A DNA stretch of 64,000 bases. Origin: Moniliella sp. 'wahieum' (taxonomy: Eukaryota). This document shows positions 37,357-50,439 of the stretch, piece by piece; the first letter of the stretch is position 1; every line of letters starts with the position of its first letter. The notes beneath the pieces are model-generated. The model saw nothing but the letters and a program-made list of their open reading frames with translations. It was not told the origin of the DNA and searched no databases. Made by a program: the position numbers and the translations under genes. The stretch lies in NCBI GenBank assembly GCA_003971905.1, contig RSEE01000053.1:248001-312000 (forward strand), in the 5' to 3' direction.

Positions 37357-39175
37357 TTAGAGCGGGTTGGGTGCATCAATGTTGACTGACACGGCCTTGA
37401 CCTGAACATAGTTCTCCAGCGCGTAGCTCGCGTTCTCACGGCCAATGCCCGAAGCCTTGTATCCGCCAAAGGGCACTTGGGCCGAAAGCGCATTGTACGT
37501 GTTGACCCATACCGAGCCCGCCTGGAGAGAGTGAGCTGTCCACAGCGCCTTGGAAATGTCGCGAGAAAAGACGCCGGCCGCCAGACCGTACATCGAGTCA
37601 TTGGCCTTGCGCAGCAACTCGTTGTGGTCTTTGAACGTGTGTACCACCACCACCGGGCCAAGATCTCTTCGCGGCTAATCACCGAATCTTCAGCACAGTC
37701 GGTAAAGATGGTGGGCTCAATGAACCAGCCACGGGGCTTGCCCTTGCCCAAATACCGTTCCTCTGACACGGGCTTGCCCCCGTGACCAGCGTACCTTCCG
37801 TCTTGCCAATCTCAATGTAGCGGAGAATGGACTCGTATTGCGCCCTGCTGATCTGTGGGCCGAGGTAGGTGTCTTTCTCAAACGGGTCGCCCACCTTGAG
37901 CGAATCAAACTTGACCTTGAGCGCAGCCAGGAACGGTTCGTAGATCTTCTCGTGGACGTAAATGCGCGTGCCAGCACAGCAGGTCTGGCCCATGTTGAAG
38001 TTGACACCCATCGTACACCAGGACACGGCCTGCTCCAGATCAGCGTCGTCCAGAACAACCGAGGGCGACTTGCCACCAAGTTCGAGAGTGACCTTTTTCA
38101 GGTTGGTGTTGGCCGCCGCCTTCATCACTACACGCCCAACGCGCGTAGAACCCGTAAAGGAGATCTTGTCAATGTCAGGATGCTCGCCATGGCATTTCCT
38201 GCCCCAGTGCCAAGACCAGTGACGAGGTTGACCACACCCTTGGGGAAACCAGCCTCGTCAATCAGCTCAAACAGTCTGAGTGCCGACAGAGGCGTGTTCT
38301 CTGCCGATTTGAGGACCAGCTGTGTTGCCCGTCGCAAGGGCCGGGCCCAACTTCCACGCGGTCAACATCAAGGGTAATTCCACGGCACAATCCACAGCAC
38401 CGCAAACTCCGATGGGCTCCAGACGAGTGTATTGGAACAAGTGCGGGTTTTCCCCCGTCAAAACCTGGCCCGAGTGTTTGTCGGCCCAGCCGGCAAAGTA
38501 GCGGATCGCACCCAGCAACTGGGCCACATCAAACGACTTGGCAATCTCGTACGGCTTGCCATTGTCTAACGCCTCGATTGCCGCTAACTCATCGTAGTTC
38601 TGCTCGATAAGACGAGCCAGTTTGTTGAGTAGCACGCCGCGCTCGGGCCCAGTCGTGTGCACCCCCAGGTCGTCTTGAACGCCCGGCGGGCCGCCTTGAC
38701 GGCGAGATCAATGTCGTGAGCATCGCCCTGGGAGATTTCCGCCGCCACTTCTCAGTGGTGGCGGGGTTAACAACGCTAAGCGTCTCCCCCGTCATCGACG
38801 GCACCCATTCGCCACTGAGAAAGGAGGAGAATCGGTTTCAGCAGCCAGCCACAACCCCAACGAAGACATGGCGGAATGAGGTACGTACTCAATATAAAGA
38901 CCCCCGTTGAAGGTAGACTGCGTGCCGTTGGGGAATTCGAGGTGGACTTGTGGGACATGCTCCTGAAAAGAGTATGCGCGCTTTGCCAGGGCCGGCACAA
39001 CGGTTGGGGTTACCTTGGTACGGGCGGAAGCGACGAGCTGGTGGAGGGTACGGGCGTTGGCGGCAGGCGGGGGCAAGCGAGAGCCGACAACTGGCCACAC
39101 CAGCGAGCACGCGGCACGGCAGTTGGTAAGGCGGGCAGGAGCGCGTAGTGGAGGGTGCTGGAGAACGGGACGCAT
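37357..39175 (-). CDS. NAD(P)+ aldehyde dehydrogenase (ALDH1/2-like), probable mitochondrial presequence
   Basis: Arg-rich N-terminus, [90 protein letters not shown] (catalytic Cys), [26 protein letters not shown]. Intron about 38888-38818. Confidence 0.94.
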
Positions 39176-39226
39176 GGTGCCAAGTGCAGAGCGGGAGGGG
39201 GGGGGAGGTTACACACGGGGGAGGGG

Positions 39227-39233
39227 TTTTATA
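39227..39233 (-). promoter_or_regulatory. TATA box of the ALDH gene
   Basis: TATAAAA on the minus strand about 50 bp upstream of the ATG at 39175. Confidence 0.55.
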
Positions 39234-40470
39234 CGGGGAATGACCATCACCAGAGCTGCTGCGCTGGCTGGGTCGAAGGAGGACACTGAAGCTGGCAAGG
39301 CTGAGGCTTCAGCTGAAGCTGCATGTGCCAGACTGGAAAAAGTGGAGATCGGGTGCGGCAGCAAACAGGCACCATGCACCAACCATGACGTGCAGGACGC
39401 GCGTCATGCGGGGGGCCAATGCAAGCACTGCGAGAAGAACGAAGGGGATGGCCTGTGCGTTGTGCCGGCGAGAGGCAGCCCCGGCCAACGATCGGCACCG
39501 GCCGCCGCCTGTCGATTGAACATTGAACTTTGAAATTGCCCCGTGTGATGCTGGCTGTGACATGTGACATGTGATATGTGATGTGCGCGCACACTGCCCG
39601 CGACGCTGCGCGCGTTCCACATGTCTGCATCACAATGTGTGGTACCGGGACAGAGCAATGGATGGCACAGAGAAGGAGACGGAGAAGCGGTAACCGGTAA
39701 GCGGGAAGCGGTAAGCGCTTGGCGCTTACCGGGCGCTTACCCCACTAGGAAGTTGCGCAAGGAGCAGCAGCCGATTGTCTCGACTAGTAGTAGGCGCCTG
39801 CGCTTCTACCGTCCATGGGCCATCCGAACTATCGCAGTCTACACGTCTATCCCCGGCCACCGCTCGGCCTTCTTGCCTTCTGGAAGCGGAGCCGCCGCCT
39901 GCATCGGCTCCGCCTGCGCCTGACGTTGATGAGCAAATCACCTGTGTGCCCCTGCTGTGCTGGTCGAGAATGCATAATGGGACCACTCCACTCATCCAAC
40001 CATACTCAGTATGGAGGACGCGGCCAGACGACGGAACGGTGAGGTCCATGCGCAGGTATAATAGAAGGGTATCAGAGAGTGTATCAGAGAGTGTATCCCG
40101 CGCTGGAACATCGGTAAGGAAACTCTTTGTCTCGATTTCTGCCATCCTACAGAGGGAAGAGATACGCTTTGTCATGGGCAGCACGAATAAGGGTTCCATA
40201 TTCATCAGCGATGACATTCGGAACAAAAGTGTATGCTACAGAGCCCATGCCCAACGAGGACAGAGGGGAAACACGTCGACGAGAACGCAACGAGAAAAAA
40301 AGCGGGGCCGTCGGTCGGACGGCGGGGCCATTTGCGGTCGGACGGGGGATCAAAGTGAGAGCAATCAAGCCAAGGGTTACCCGGGTCAGGGGGGAACGCG
40401 AAAACCTAGAAGGAGAATAAAGATGTCCACAGGAAACGAAACGGAGGGATTGTCAAAGTGTGGAGGGGCT

Positions 40471-41835
40471 CTAGGCAAAGGGAGAGGCAGAGGGCTGGGT
40501 AAAGAGTTCAGCCCGGTTATAGGCAAAGTGGCCCAAACGCTGATTGCCAGCGTTACCAAACGTGTCAATGCCATCTCCCTGAGCCAAGAGAGTATCGAGT
40601 TGATTCATGTAAGCCGTGGGGGCTTAGGAGTGCGTGTCTGCTGAGAGAGCATGCCATTAGGCGGAGTGGCGGGGCGCATCTCGCCGCTCGATTGCGAGCG
40701 CGAGGGGGCATCCCGAGTGAGTGTAAGAGAAGGTGTGCGCGAGGGAGCAGGAAGCGACTCCTCCGCCGGCGCAGTGTGCGTGGTGGGAGCAAAGGGTTGT
40801 TGGATCCCGCCACAAACGAGTCAGAGGCAACGGACGACATGCCGTTCGGTGACAGCGGCGCAGTCCAGCCCGTGAGCATCGGCGCAGACACATAAGCGGC
40901 CGTCATTTGAGGCTGAACATACATCCCCGTGTACTGAGGGTACATCATGCCGTACATGTTGTTCATCTGGTTCTGGCCCAACTGCCAGCGAGCCATCTCG
41001 AGCTGCTGAGCTTGCAGCGCATCCTGCGCTTGCTTCTCGGCCTGGGCGCGAGCGTCTTCTTCCGCTTGACGCTGCTGCTCCGCCTCAGCTTGAGCGCGAC
41101 GGAGAGCCAAGGCTTGAGCCTCGGCTTCAGCGGACTGACGGCTCACCTCGAGAGCACGGGCCAGAGCAGCTTCCTCTTGGCGACGACTACGTTCCGCAAC
41201 CTCAGCCTCGCTACGGCGACGGGCAGCCGCAGCATCGGCTTGGCGATCGATCGGGGAGACGATGGGGCGGATGGGTTCATCCAAGGAGGAAGCGGAGGGC
41301 CGGCGGGGACGCTGACCGTTGAACCGAGCCCGTGCTTGGCGCAGCTTATCCTCGCTTTGGAGCAACAACGTGATCTCGCGCGCCTTTTCCCGCACTGTAG
41401 TACAGAGTAAAGTGCCATGCTAAGGGTCAATATCCCACCCCATATGTGAAGGTTCACTTGAATAGTGTCATCTGCAACGTACCCAATTCGCCCTGATCAA
41501 CGCCGGGCATTGTCGATGTATTGGAACTCGCGCAGCGTCTTGATCAGGTACAGGTTGGTGCGGAAATACTCGATCGCCGCAGGCGAGCCGGCGAGAAGGA
41601 GATAGTGAACCAGGCAAAGAGACTTAAACGTGCCGCCACTGGCGGGTGCGGTCATTAAGACGACGGCGAGCATGGGCATGAGCTCGACAAAGTCGCTGCG
41701 GGTGTAGGTGAGCCGAGCAAGCTCGGCAAGAATCTCGACGGGCGCATCACGCTTGTTGTTGGCTGTCGCCTCACGGACAAGCACCTCCGTGCCGCCGTAA
41801 CTGAGGTTCTTAAAGGCACGCAGAACGCTGGACAT
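40471..41835 (-). CDS. Epsin (ENTH domain, UIM, NPF motif), Ent1/Ent2-like
   Basis: MSSVLRAFKN..EVLVREATAN..LAELARLTY..DFVELMPML..KSLCLVHYLLLAGS..NLYLIKTLREFQYID / intron / VREKAREITLLL; UIM EEAALARALEVSR; PQYTG; SNNP(F); C-terminal LDTLLAQGDGIDTFGNAGNQR typical of fungal epsins. Confidence 0.9.
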
Positions 41836-43608
41836 AACAGGAGAGGTGGGGAGGGAGGAAGGTGTGGCGAGAACGAAAGGAGGCTAGCTGGTGCTGGTAT
41901 CTATCGGACTGAGCTGAGCAGCAAACACAGGATGGCGAGAGCGAGGCCGCATTTATGGAGACTAAAAGCAGGGACCACCAGCCCGCACCTGGGCAGTGTT
42001 GGCCAGCACTGGTGCGGTGGGGCCGGGGCCAGAGTGGCGTGAGCGGTTGCCACCAGGAGGCGGGGCGAAGAGTGGCAGGGTGTGTTATGAAGAAGGGCGT
42101 GCGCCCCATGGGCGCTCTCTGCACGGGGTCTGGGATGCTGGGATGTGACGTGTGACGGGCTGGCGGCTGGCGGCTGGCGTCCTGCGTGGAGCGTCCCCGG
42201 GGATGGGTTGTGTGTGTTGCGTGAGGCATCGAATGCCGCGGAGGCGGAGCCAGGCAGGCGCAGGCGCGCTGCGAGGGGTTAACTTTGACATTTGAGGCCG
42301 TACGCCAGCTAGACGCAGCCTCAGTACCTCAGTGCCTGATCAGTCGACCAGGGGGCGACGGCCCCTATTGGCGGGCCGAGACTGCGCCCCCCCGGCGAGG
42401 CAGCCTACAGCGCCGGCCTGCGCTGGCTCGCTGACGAAGCGCAGCTTCGTAGGCAAGCAGCCGCTCAGCTGCCCGTCCCCGCTCTGCGCTCGCGCGCAAC
42501 ACGCTCTCCACCTCACGCACTCGGTGGCTGACCATTGGCCGCTGACCGGGACCAGCAACGTACATCCTGCTTGGCCTGTGCTCTGGAGTCTGTGGGGGCA
42601 AGCTGCGCATGTCATGCATGTCATGCTTGAAGCTAGTGAGCATGAAAAGGTTTGAAAAAGATCGAGGATCGAGATGATCGATGATCGATGGAGATTGAAT
42701 CGTGATGCATGATAGGACTACACAGACCTCGACTCTCGCTCTTGCCATCGACAGTTGCGGGAAGGCAGAATGGGATGCACACCTCCCCCACCCGACTCCG
42801 GCTGCGGGCGGAGAAGACGGCCCTTGGGCAGGCAACCGTCGTAGTAGTACAACTGCTGGTAACTCCGGTCCTCCGGCGCCACGGAGCCGTAAGCAAAGCT
42901 CCGGAGGTCCGTCAGCGCGTCAGCGATCATCCATCACCGGTCACCTATCATCATTAACCTATCCTGGGATCTGGCGTAGGAACGCCCAGGGCCAGACAGG
43001 CCTAGGGCCTAGGCGTTGGACCGAGAGACCTGGGGGTGCCAGATGCATGTGAGACCGACCGCCGCGGAATTTTGCCGGCGGTGGCCTGCGGAGCGCCGAG
43101 GCCCGGAGCAATCAAATGCTGACCGCTGATGCATTAGGCGGATCGAATGGTCGGTGCCAGGAGGCCGGCGATTAGCTGCACTGGCGAGGTGCCGCGACAG
43201 TGGGTGCCACGCCACCTGCACATGTCACGTCACGCGTCACACACACACGTCCCTCCCACATCTCCTCCCGCCCTAACACGTGTCAAATCCCCCATTCAAT
43301 ATTCAGCGCAACGTTCAACACGTTCAATGCCAATCGCTCCGGCATCACGCATCGACGTCACCCTTGCCAGCGTGGCAGTGTCACGTGCCCTGTTGGCATG
43401 GTACGAAGAACCGGTGGCAAGCACCACTCGTTGGGTGGCCTTCCAAGTTCAACGTTCTATCACGACTAGGCCAAGCGACCCGATTGTTGATGTCAGCAAC
43501 GATCGCTTCGAGATCGCTTCGAGCATTGTCGCTCCACTCGTTCTCCGCATCCTCCACGCCCTCCACGTTCTCCCCCTCGGTCTCTCCGCGTCGGGAATGG
43601 GGGAACTG

Positions 43609-43844
43609 TGTTGAGCCATCGGGTGGCTCGTGCTTTGGCCAATGTCCCTTCAGTTGCTCCTCAAGCCTGGGAGTTCCGTTGTTTTCTCTCTCTGTTTTTC
43701 CCTTTTCTGCAGCTTAGCCCCTGGTGGCGACTCGCTGCTTGTTGTTCCTCTGTAGGTGTTGCTGGTTGGCTTAGACCACCACCACCACCACCACCAGTGC
43801 GATTGCATCACCCTCGAGGACCATCAGGACTCCAGGTCTCATCA
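43609..43844 (+). mobile_element. Solo LTR, family A, with 5-bp TSD AACTG
   Basis: TGTTGAG...CTCATCA flanked by AACTG at 43604-43608 and 43845-43849; near-identical to the copies at 49508 and 63019. Confidence 0.92.
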
Positions 43845-44294
43845 AACTGCCTGCTCACTTTGGGTGATGTTAGATGTTGCCGAGGCTATCGCAAGAACCC
43901 CATATTGGTTGGGATGCGCTACAACACTATCCATCGGCCAGGGTGCCTAGCCGATGAGACGCAAATAGTATATGTGGGTGGGAGATCAAACTAATAGAGA
44001 AACAGCAGAGGTGAAGGGGGGGAGGGGAGGGGAGAAGAAACCGACCGTTAGTCAAGCTCCAATAACGGTTCGCCTCCCATATTATCATGCAAGTACGACT
44101 AGCCAAAGTCACAAAAAGTCACAGGAGAGAGATCCGGGGTACGGGAAAGGAAGGGAAGGAAGGGAAGGGAAGGGGAGGGGAGGAGAGAAGAGGAGAGGAG
44201 AGATCCTGCGCAAATTCTTTTCGAAAGCAGAGCAGCATAAAGGAGTGTTTGTTGTGAGATGGGTTCGTAGACACATACAAAATCGTGTGGGGGG

Positions 44295-47200
44295 TCATCG
44301 TAGGGCCGTCTGAGCAAACTTGGCAAACAAGGCCGCATCGCGTTCGGAGATGGCCTGGCGTGCCTTGCTAGCTACACCCAGCTGGTCCCACGAACCAGGC
44401 GGAGCCGGGACAACAAGACCGGTGGTGGCGACCGGCAAGGTGCCAGCGCCTGGATCGAACGAGGAGGACGAAGCGAAGCTGCTCGCACTGCGTACGGGCT
44501 TGGGAGAGATAGGTGTGGCGGGAGAGAGGGGAGGCCGTTGGCGAGCCAGAGCTCTCGTGCCGAGCGAGGGGGGTCATGGAAAGTGTAGGTGTGGCGGAGA
44601 GAGAGAGGTGCAGGCGGAAGCAGGACGAGATAAGTTGTTGTGGGAAGTGGCGTGTGGAGCGAGCCATCGATCGTGGTTGGGGTCGGGGAGGAAAGGAGGG
44701 AGGGGAGAGATCGCAATGGGTTGAGCAATGTTCAATCCCGAGGAAGAGACAGGTACGGAGGAGAGGAAGGAAAAGCCATCGGGCAACGGTGCTTCAGCGG
44801 CTCCTTCACTGCAGTACTTTTCCCGCCGAAGCAAGGGGCAGAGCGATTTGAGTCGATGGGATCTCTGGCCCTTGCCTCGCCAGTTTGGGAAGGCTAGGGG
44901 CGGAAGCTAGCATAGGAGACAAGGGCACCTTGGTGTTTGCTCCATTCTCCCCACCGCAACATCCCAAAGAGAGACTGGAGTTGAGGCTCGGCAGAAATGA
45001 CCGACTTTCTGTGACCAGGCAGCGCGCTAGGGACGATGGGCATGGTGCGTGCTGATGGCAACAGAGGGGTTAGAGCACAGGAAGGAAAGGTAGACGTGCC
45101 CGGAGGTGTAGAAATGGAAGAACAAGCAGCACGAGCAACGGCAGAGGAGGCAAGACTGTTGGGGTATGTCAGCGATCCTACAGATTCGCCTCTGTCCCCG
45201 CCGTAGTGCCGTTCATAGAGACGTGTCTCGTTCCATGATCCCCGCGAGACTCCAGAGCCTCATCACCCTGTCCTTCCCTTTCCTTGAGAGAGCGGAGCGG
45301 TTGCTACGGTGCTCATCTTGCCCATCGGGTTTCAGCCTTGAGCCGGGGGGCAGAAGAGCTGCATCAAGCTCAATTGGTCCCGTACTTGGGCCAAAAGCTT
45401 TCCAACCGTGGCGGGGAATTGCAATGGGAGAACAGACAACGCCGATCGCACATCGGAAGCCAAGTCCATCACCCCGTCCGTCCTCCCATCTCCCGCCAAA
45501 AGGTCAAACTGAGCCAGACTGCGCCACAGAAGCGTTCGAGTTTCGCCACACGGTCTTGCTGGGAACGTAAAGCTAAAACCAGGCCCGCGTAGCTTCCAAC
45601 CCTGTCCACAGCTCGGGAGGGGGGGAGAAGTAGGGTCCAAGGCGTTGTACGACGGCCCCATGTTCCGAGCCAGGGCCTCCACCAGCCCATCCGCCGACCA
45701 AGATGGGGGGTGATGGGAGCGGTGGCCTGGGTGTTGGGTGATAATGGCATGATGGGTGGAAGTGGGGACGGGGCGGGTCCCTCGTCCGCGGCCAAAGTAA
45801 GGGGCGATGCTAATGGGTTTCCCCATACCGGACGGCAGGGAGGTACAGGGTACTAGGTCAGGCGAATCTCCGATCTTGAGGCCTACGTCGGCCCATGACC
45901 GCGACCTGGGTTGCATCTTACCCGTTTGTTCCGTTCTCGCGTGGACGTGATGGACTTTTTGATAGCTATGCGAGAGGAGAGGGAGAGTGGGTCCGCTGAG
46001 AAGATCGGGCACTGCTTTTGGTGGTACAGCTGGAGGAGTTGCTGAGGGGAAAGGTACTTTGTCCTGTGCATGATCTGTGGACGAGATTGGTCGACGGTCG
46101 GGTGATATCTGCGCTCCCCCCCCGGTGCCATTGATGCCTGTGACAGCAGGTGGTGAGTGTCGCTTTGATCCCTGACGCAAATTGAACCCCGGCAAGCCAT
46201 TTTGCCCCGGTGCTGTCCCCATCTCTAAGAGAGACGACCTAGGCCGGTGTGACGACGATTTCGCCCCCTTGGACCCTGCATGGCAGTGAAATCAGGCTGA
46301 GACGCACTCGTTACAGGCGAGGCGTTGATGTAATAGTAAGATCCGCCGGTAGGGGAGAGAACTTTGGTTCTATGCTTGGATAGCTCGTCCTCGAATGCCA
46401 TCGCAGCTGGGGAGAGGTTGTGGGAAGGATCCACGCCTTCCATGACAGAGTCTGCCTCACAATCCGAGCCTTCCTGTGGTGCACGGCCAAAGAGAGTCGA
46501 AGACGGGGGGTAGGGAGCGGGCCAAGAAGTGGCAAAGTGAGAAATTTGGCCCGGGGTGACAAGAGCGATCGAAGAGAGAGCGAGTCGCGCTTAGCCCGAC
46601 CGCCGGTAGGATGTAGGTCGGAAAATGAGTGGCAATCTTCTTCCCTCCTTCGAGGCTCGAGCCACTCTCTCGTTTCCGATGAGGAGCGTGGGCGAGGCGA
46701 GGGGAAGAGGGGGATAGATACGATGATGCCAAAGCGGGGGAAAGTGTGGTGGGCGTGGTGAGAAGAAGGTTGGGTAGGCGCTCATGCTTCGATTGGGCGG
46801 GCGCTCCTTCGGAGGTAGTAGTTTGATGAGCTGATGACTTGGGTGTATCAGAGCACAGTGTAACGGGGGCAACAAGAGGTGAGGAAGGTGTACTGGAGCG
46901 GCGCGAGCCATGCTGTGGGCCACGGCATGGCGTGCACGGCTCAGGAAGCGTCGGCGGGCGGGAGGAGTGGGCTCTTCATGAAGAAAGGAGAACAAAGTGG
47001 AAGAGGAAGTGGTTTCTGTAGCCCTAGCCTGGGCAGGATGGCGGGGCGAGAGAAGGGGGGAAGTAGGCAGTTGAAAAAGACGAAGGATGCTCCACACCGC
47101 TAGCACTGTGGGCGGTGCTGCGGTGGGTATTGGCGCGTGGACGGTGGGTACGGAAGAAGGACGGGTGGGGAGCGGCGGCACCAGGGTTTTGGGTGGACGC

Positions 47201-47367
47201 ACTGCCACTGCTGCCGGGTCGGATGGACTGGACGGAGGCGGAAGAAGAGGTGGGGCGAGCCAGGCTGCGGAGCGTGGGCGCCGCTTCACGGGGGCCGATG
47301 ATGCGGTCGATTGCGATGCCAATGATGCGTCGCCAACAGGCGTATCAGTGTGGCCTGTGGGGAGCAT
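44295..47367 (-). CDS. Hypothetical Ser/Pro-rich, low-complexity protein
   Basis: Chain of overlapping minus-strand ORFs (46591-47451, 46225-46443, 45332-46222, 44372-44728) from MLPTGHTDTPV to ..QAISERDAALFAKFAQTALR*. No recognisable domain; boundaries uncertain. Confidence 0.45.
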
Positions 47368-49507
47368 GGCAGTGGAAAAGAGAGTGTGGTGATGGTGGTG
47401 CAAGGGGAGTGGCACCAGCGGATGCAGCTTTGGGGGGCTGCCGCTCTCCACTGGAGCCGAAAGCGTGCGGGAAAGGCCAAGGGGGGGGGGGTGCAGCGAG
47501 TGTATATTTGCCGCAGTGGCAGTGGGAGTGTGCGGTGTGATGGTGCGCAGCAGGACAGAAGCTGTCGGCTGTTCCCCACCGCGGTGCCTTGATTTCCTTC
47601 AAGTGTCAAGCTTCAAGCGTCAGGCTGCAGGCTGCAGATCTCGGATCTCAGAGCCTCGGGCCCCTCTCTGTGACACCTGCATCATTACTAGGTAACGCCC
47701 ATGTCGGCGCGCAGACTACCATGCATTCTTCGAATGTCCATCGAACGTGGATCCACGCGAAGAGACACTTCCCCCCTCCCCGAGCCCATTTTATCATTGA
47801 GCGCTTGAGCGAGAGAGGTAAGCCACCCCATTTCCGCGAGTTTTGTGTGAGACGTGCGGTGAGCATCGGCCGTTTGCGCGTCTACTCTTCCATGCAACTA
47901 TGCTGTCCATGAAAATACCATCGTGATCACAAGTAGTGTGGCTCGATCACAGAACGGTGTCAAATAAGCCCATGCGTGCACATACAACCACACCTGCTCC
48001 ATGAGCTTTATCCTCCGCACAGGTGCCCAAAACTGAGGCGTTCAGGAGCCCATTCCACATCGTAAAACCTTTTTTTCCTTTTTTTGCTTCCCCACACAAT
48101 ATCCCCGCACCTTATTGAAGAAGCGTTTGAAGCTTGAAGTTTGTTGACCTCAGCCTCGGTACCCGCCACATTCTAGGGCGCTGTGCGCTCAGGGTCTCAG
48201 CAGATACACAACAAGGCCTAAGGCAGGCACGTACCCGGGTACCCTTCTACAGAGCAGGTGGTAATACCGTACGTACTACTAAAGAGGACGGGATCCAAAT
48301 GACGTGGACAAAACGTCGACATTATGACTTGTGTATATGTGGCTACGACAACTGCGTTTTCCACCCCAAAAATCTGTAACATCTCGAGCGAGTCTCTACT
48401 GCCCAAGCCCGGCAACTCAGCACCGTCGCTTTATCCACATCTGTGGGGTCCTCCGCCGGCTAGTAACTTGCAAGTAGCAACCCCGCGCACGCAGTGTCCT
48501 GTCTGCCGCTGTCAGGCATTCCATCTCGGCGTCACGCGTCACGCGTCACGCGTCAAGCTTCAAGGGACGAGTGGTCCCTTCTGCTCCGCACCCATCTGCA
48601 TCATGCATCACATGCATCACCGGCCATGGATCACATGTCACATTGATCGCACGGCTACCCTGTCTGCACAACTGCCTGAACCGCGCGTTAAAATACCTGG
48701 CATGTGGACGCAGTGTGGATCCGGCGTGGCGCACACATCATCGGCACATCACCACACCCCCACCCCCACCCCCACCCTGGTTGGCCATGCATGGATTTGC
48801 TCCTGTGCATGTGGACAACCCGTCTGCGTTCGATGGCAGCATACTTGTTATCGATCTCGACCGATGTTCTTCGCGCCGCAGGGACCGGTGGGGTACACAA
48901 TCAAGACTGTGTGAACCATTGTGCATTATCTATACCCACGCAGAAGGCACCTATTCCACGCTGGCCAGCGGTGGCGTCCGCAGCCGCAGCAGCCGCAGCC
49001 AGCTCAATTCGATCGTCTCGATCGACCAACGTGTGTCCAGCGGTGTGGACATGCTGCGGGTGCGACGCTGGCCGATGCCCAGAGCCCCCACCGTGCAGAG
49101 CAGCCCATTCTTCGTCGCCGGCACAGCGACGCCCAACTGTGATGAGCATGTGACATGCGAGACTGAAGTTTGAAGTTTAAATTCGATTAACTTGACTGAG
49201 TACTGACGACCAGTGGTCGGCCGGTGACATGTGACATGTGACAAGGTGCCACAGGCCACATGGGTCACCGGTCACTTAAAATCGATGGGACAGCGAATGG
49301 CAGGCACCGCAGGCAATACACACAGGCCGGGCCAGGTCCAGCATTGGTGTGGGGCACACTATCGGGAACTTCCCCCTCGGCCGCCTTGTCTACCCCGCAT
49401 TTGCCATGTCCTTAAAGCATTAACATTTGCAGCACCCACCGTTGGCAGAGTTGCGATCGCCACCGCAAGAAACAATATTTTTGTTCCCCATGCGGACAAT
49501 CCTAATC

Positions 49508-49743
49508 TGTTGAGCCAGGTGGCTCGTGCTTTGGCCAATGTCCCTTCAGTTCCTCCTCAGGCCTAGGAGTTCCGTTGTTTTTTCTCTCTCCTGTTTTTCC
49601 TTGTTCCGCAGCTCAGCCCCTGGTGGCGACTCGCTGCTTGGTGTTCCTCAGTAGGCGTTGCTGGTTGGCTTAGACCATTACCACCACCACCACTAGTGCG
49701 ATTGCATCACCCTCGAGGACCATCTGGACTCCAGGTCTCATCA
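49508..49743 (+). mobile_element. Solo LTR, family A, with 5-bp TSD TAATC
   Basis: TGTTGAG...CTCATCA flanked by TAATC at 49503-49507 and 49744-49748. Confidence 0.92.
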
Positions 49744-50439
49744 TAATCGACTCGGTTACCGAGCTAGGCTTTTATCCCGTCGATTCAATGAGGTCGATGA
49801 GGCCATGAGGGATAGTCGATGATCGATCTCGATCGATCAGGTCGGTGAGTCCGTGCGCGCGAGGTGTATAGTCGTCAGTCACTGGAGTTACCCCCCAAAA
49901 ATTTCTTCCAGCGCCCCACTTCCCTGACTTGGCCACACCTACTAACTAAAGTATTAGCTCTTACAATTTACTCCCTCCGTCTTTCCTGTACGCTATATCT
50001 GCACAGTGCACCGAGGACACCAGCTTGTTATTAGGGAAAAATTCCGTCTCATGTCATGCTCCACCGCAAAATCCCACACAACATGCCCTCATGCATGCGG
50101 AGCCGGCACTGACAACCACAATGTGTGCAACCCCCAACAGATGGCCCTGACGGATTATGAAAACCTTGGGGGGCCAAGTAGATCAAACTACATTAGTCAC
50201 ATCATGGCTAGCCCACGTACCCACTCTCTGTGTTATTGTCTCCGTCTCTCCCCTCCTATATATAGCTAGCAGTCAGCTTAGGACTCGTCTTCTAGATGAT
50301 CACCACCTGCTTCTCCCACTTGCTTTTACAGTCCATTCTCTCTCTTCATCCCTTCCAGCATCTTCTATCCTCATGAGTGGACTATAGTTCCGGCCTCTGA
50401 TCTCCCACTATAGTCAGTAAGTTGACAGAAGAGGGTGCC

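Noticed and set aside
39726..40420. ORFs between ALDH and epsin, including a 12-bp tandem repeat near 40069-40097
   Set aside because: No domain signal; could be decayed sequence but cannot be supported.
1127..41835. Pervasive frameshifts in PRP4, SHM2, ROM2, kinesin, dyn2, PRE9, ALDH and epsin read as programmed frameshifting, RNA editing or mass pseudogenisation
   Set aside because: They are mostly 1-2 nt deletions at arbitrary sites with fully conserved protein sequence on both sides, even in essential genes. This is typical of uncorrected long-read error.
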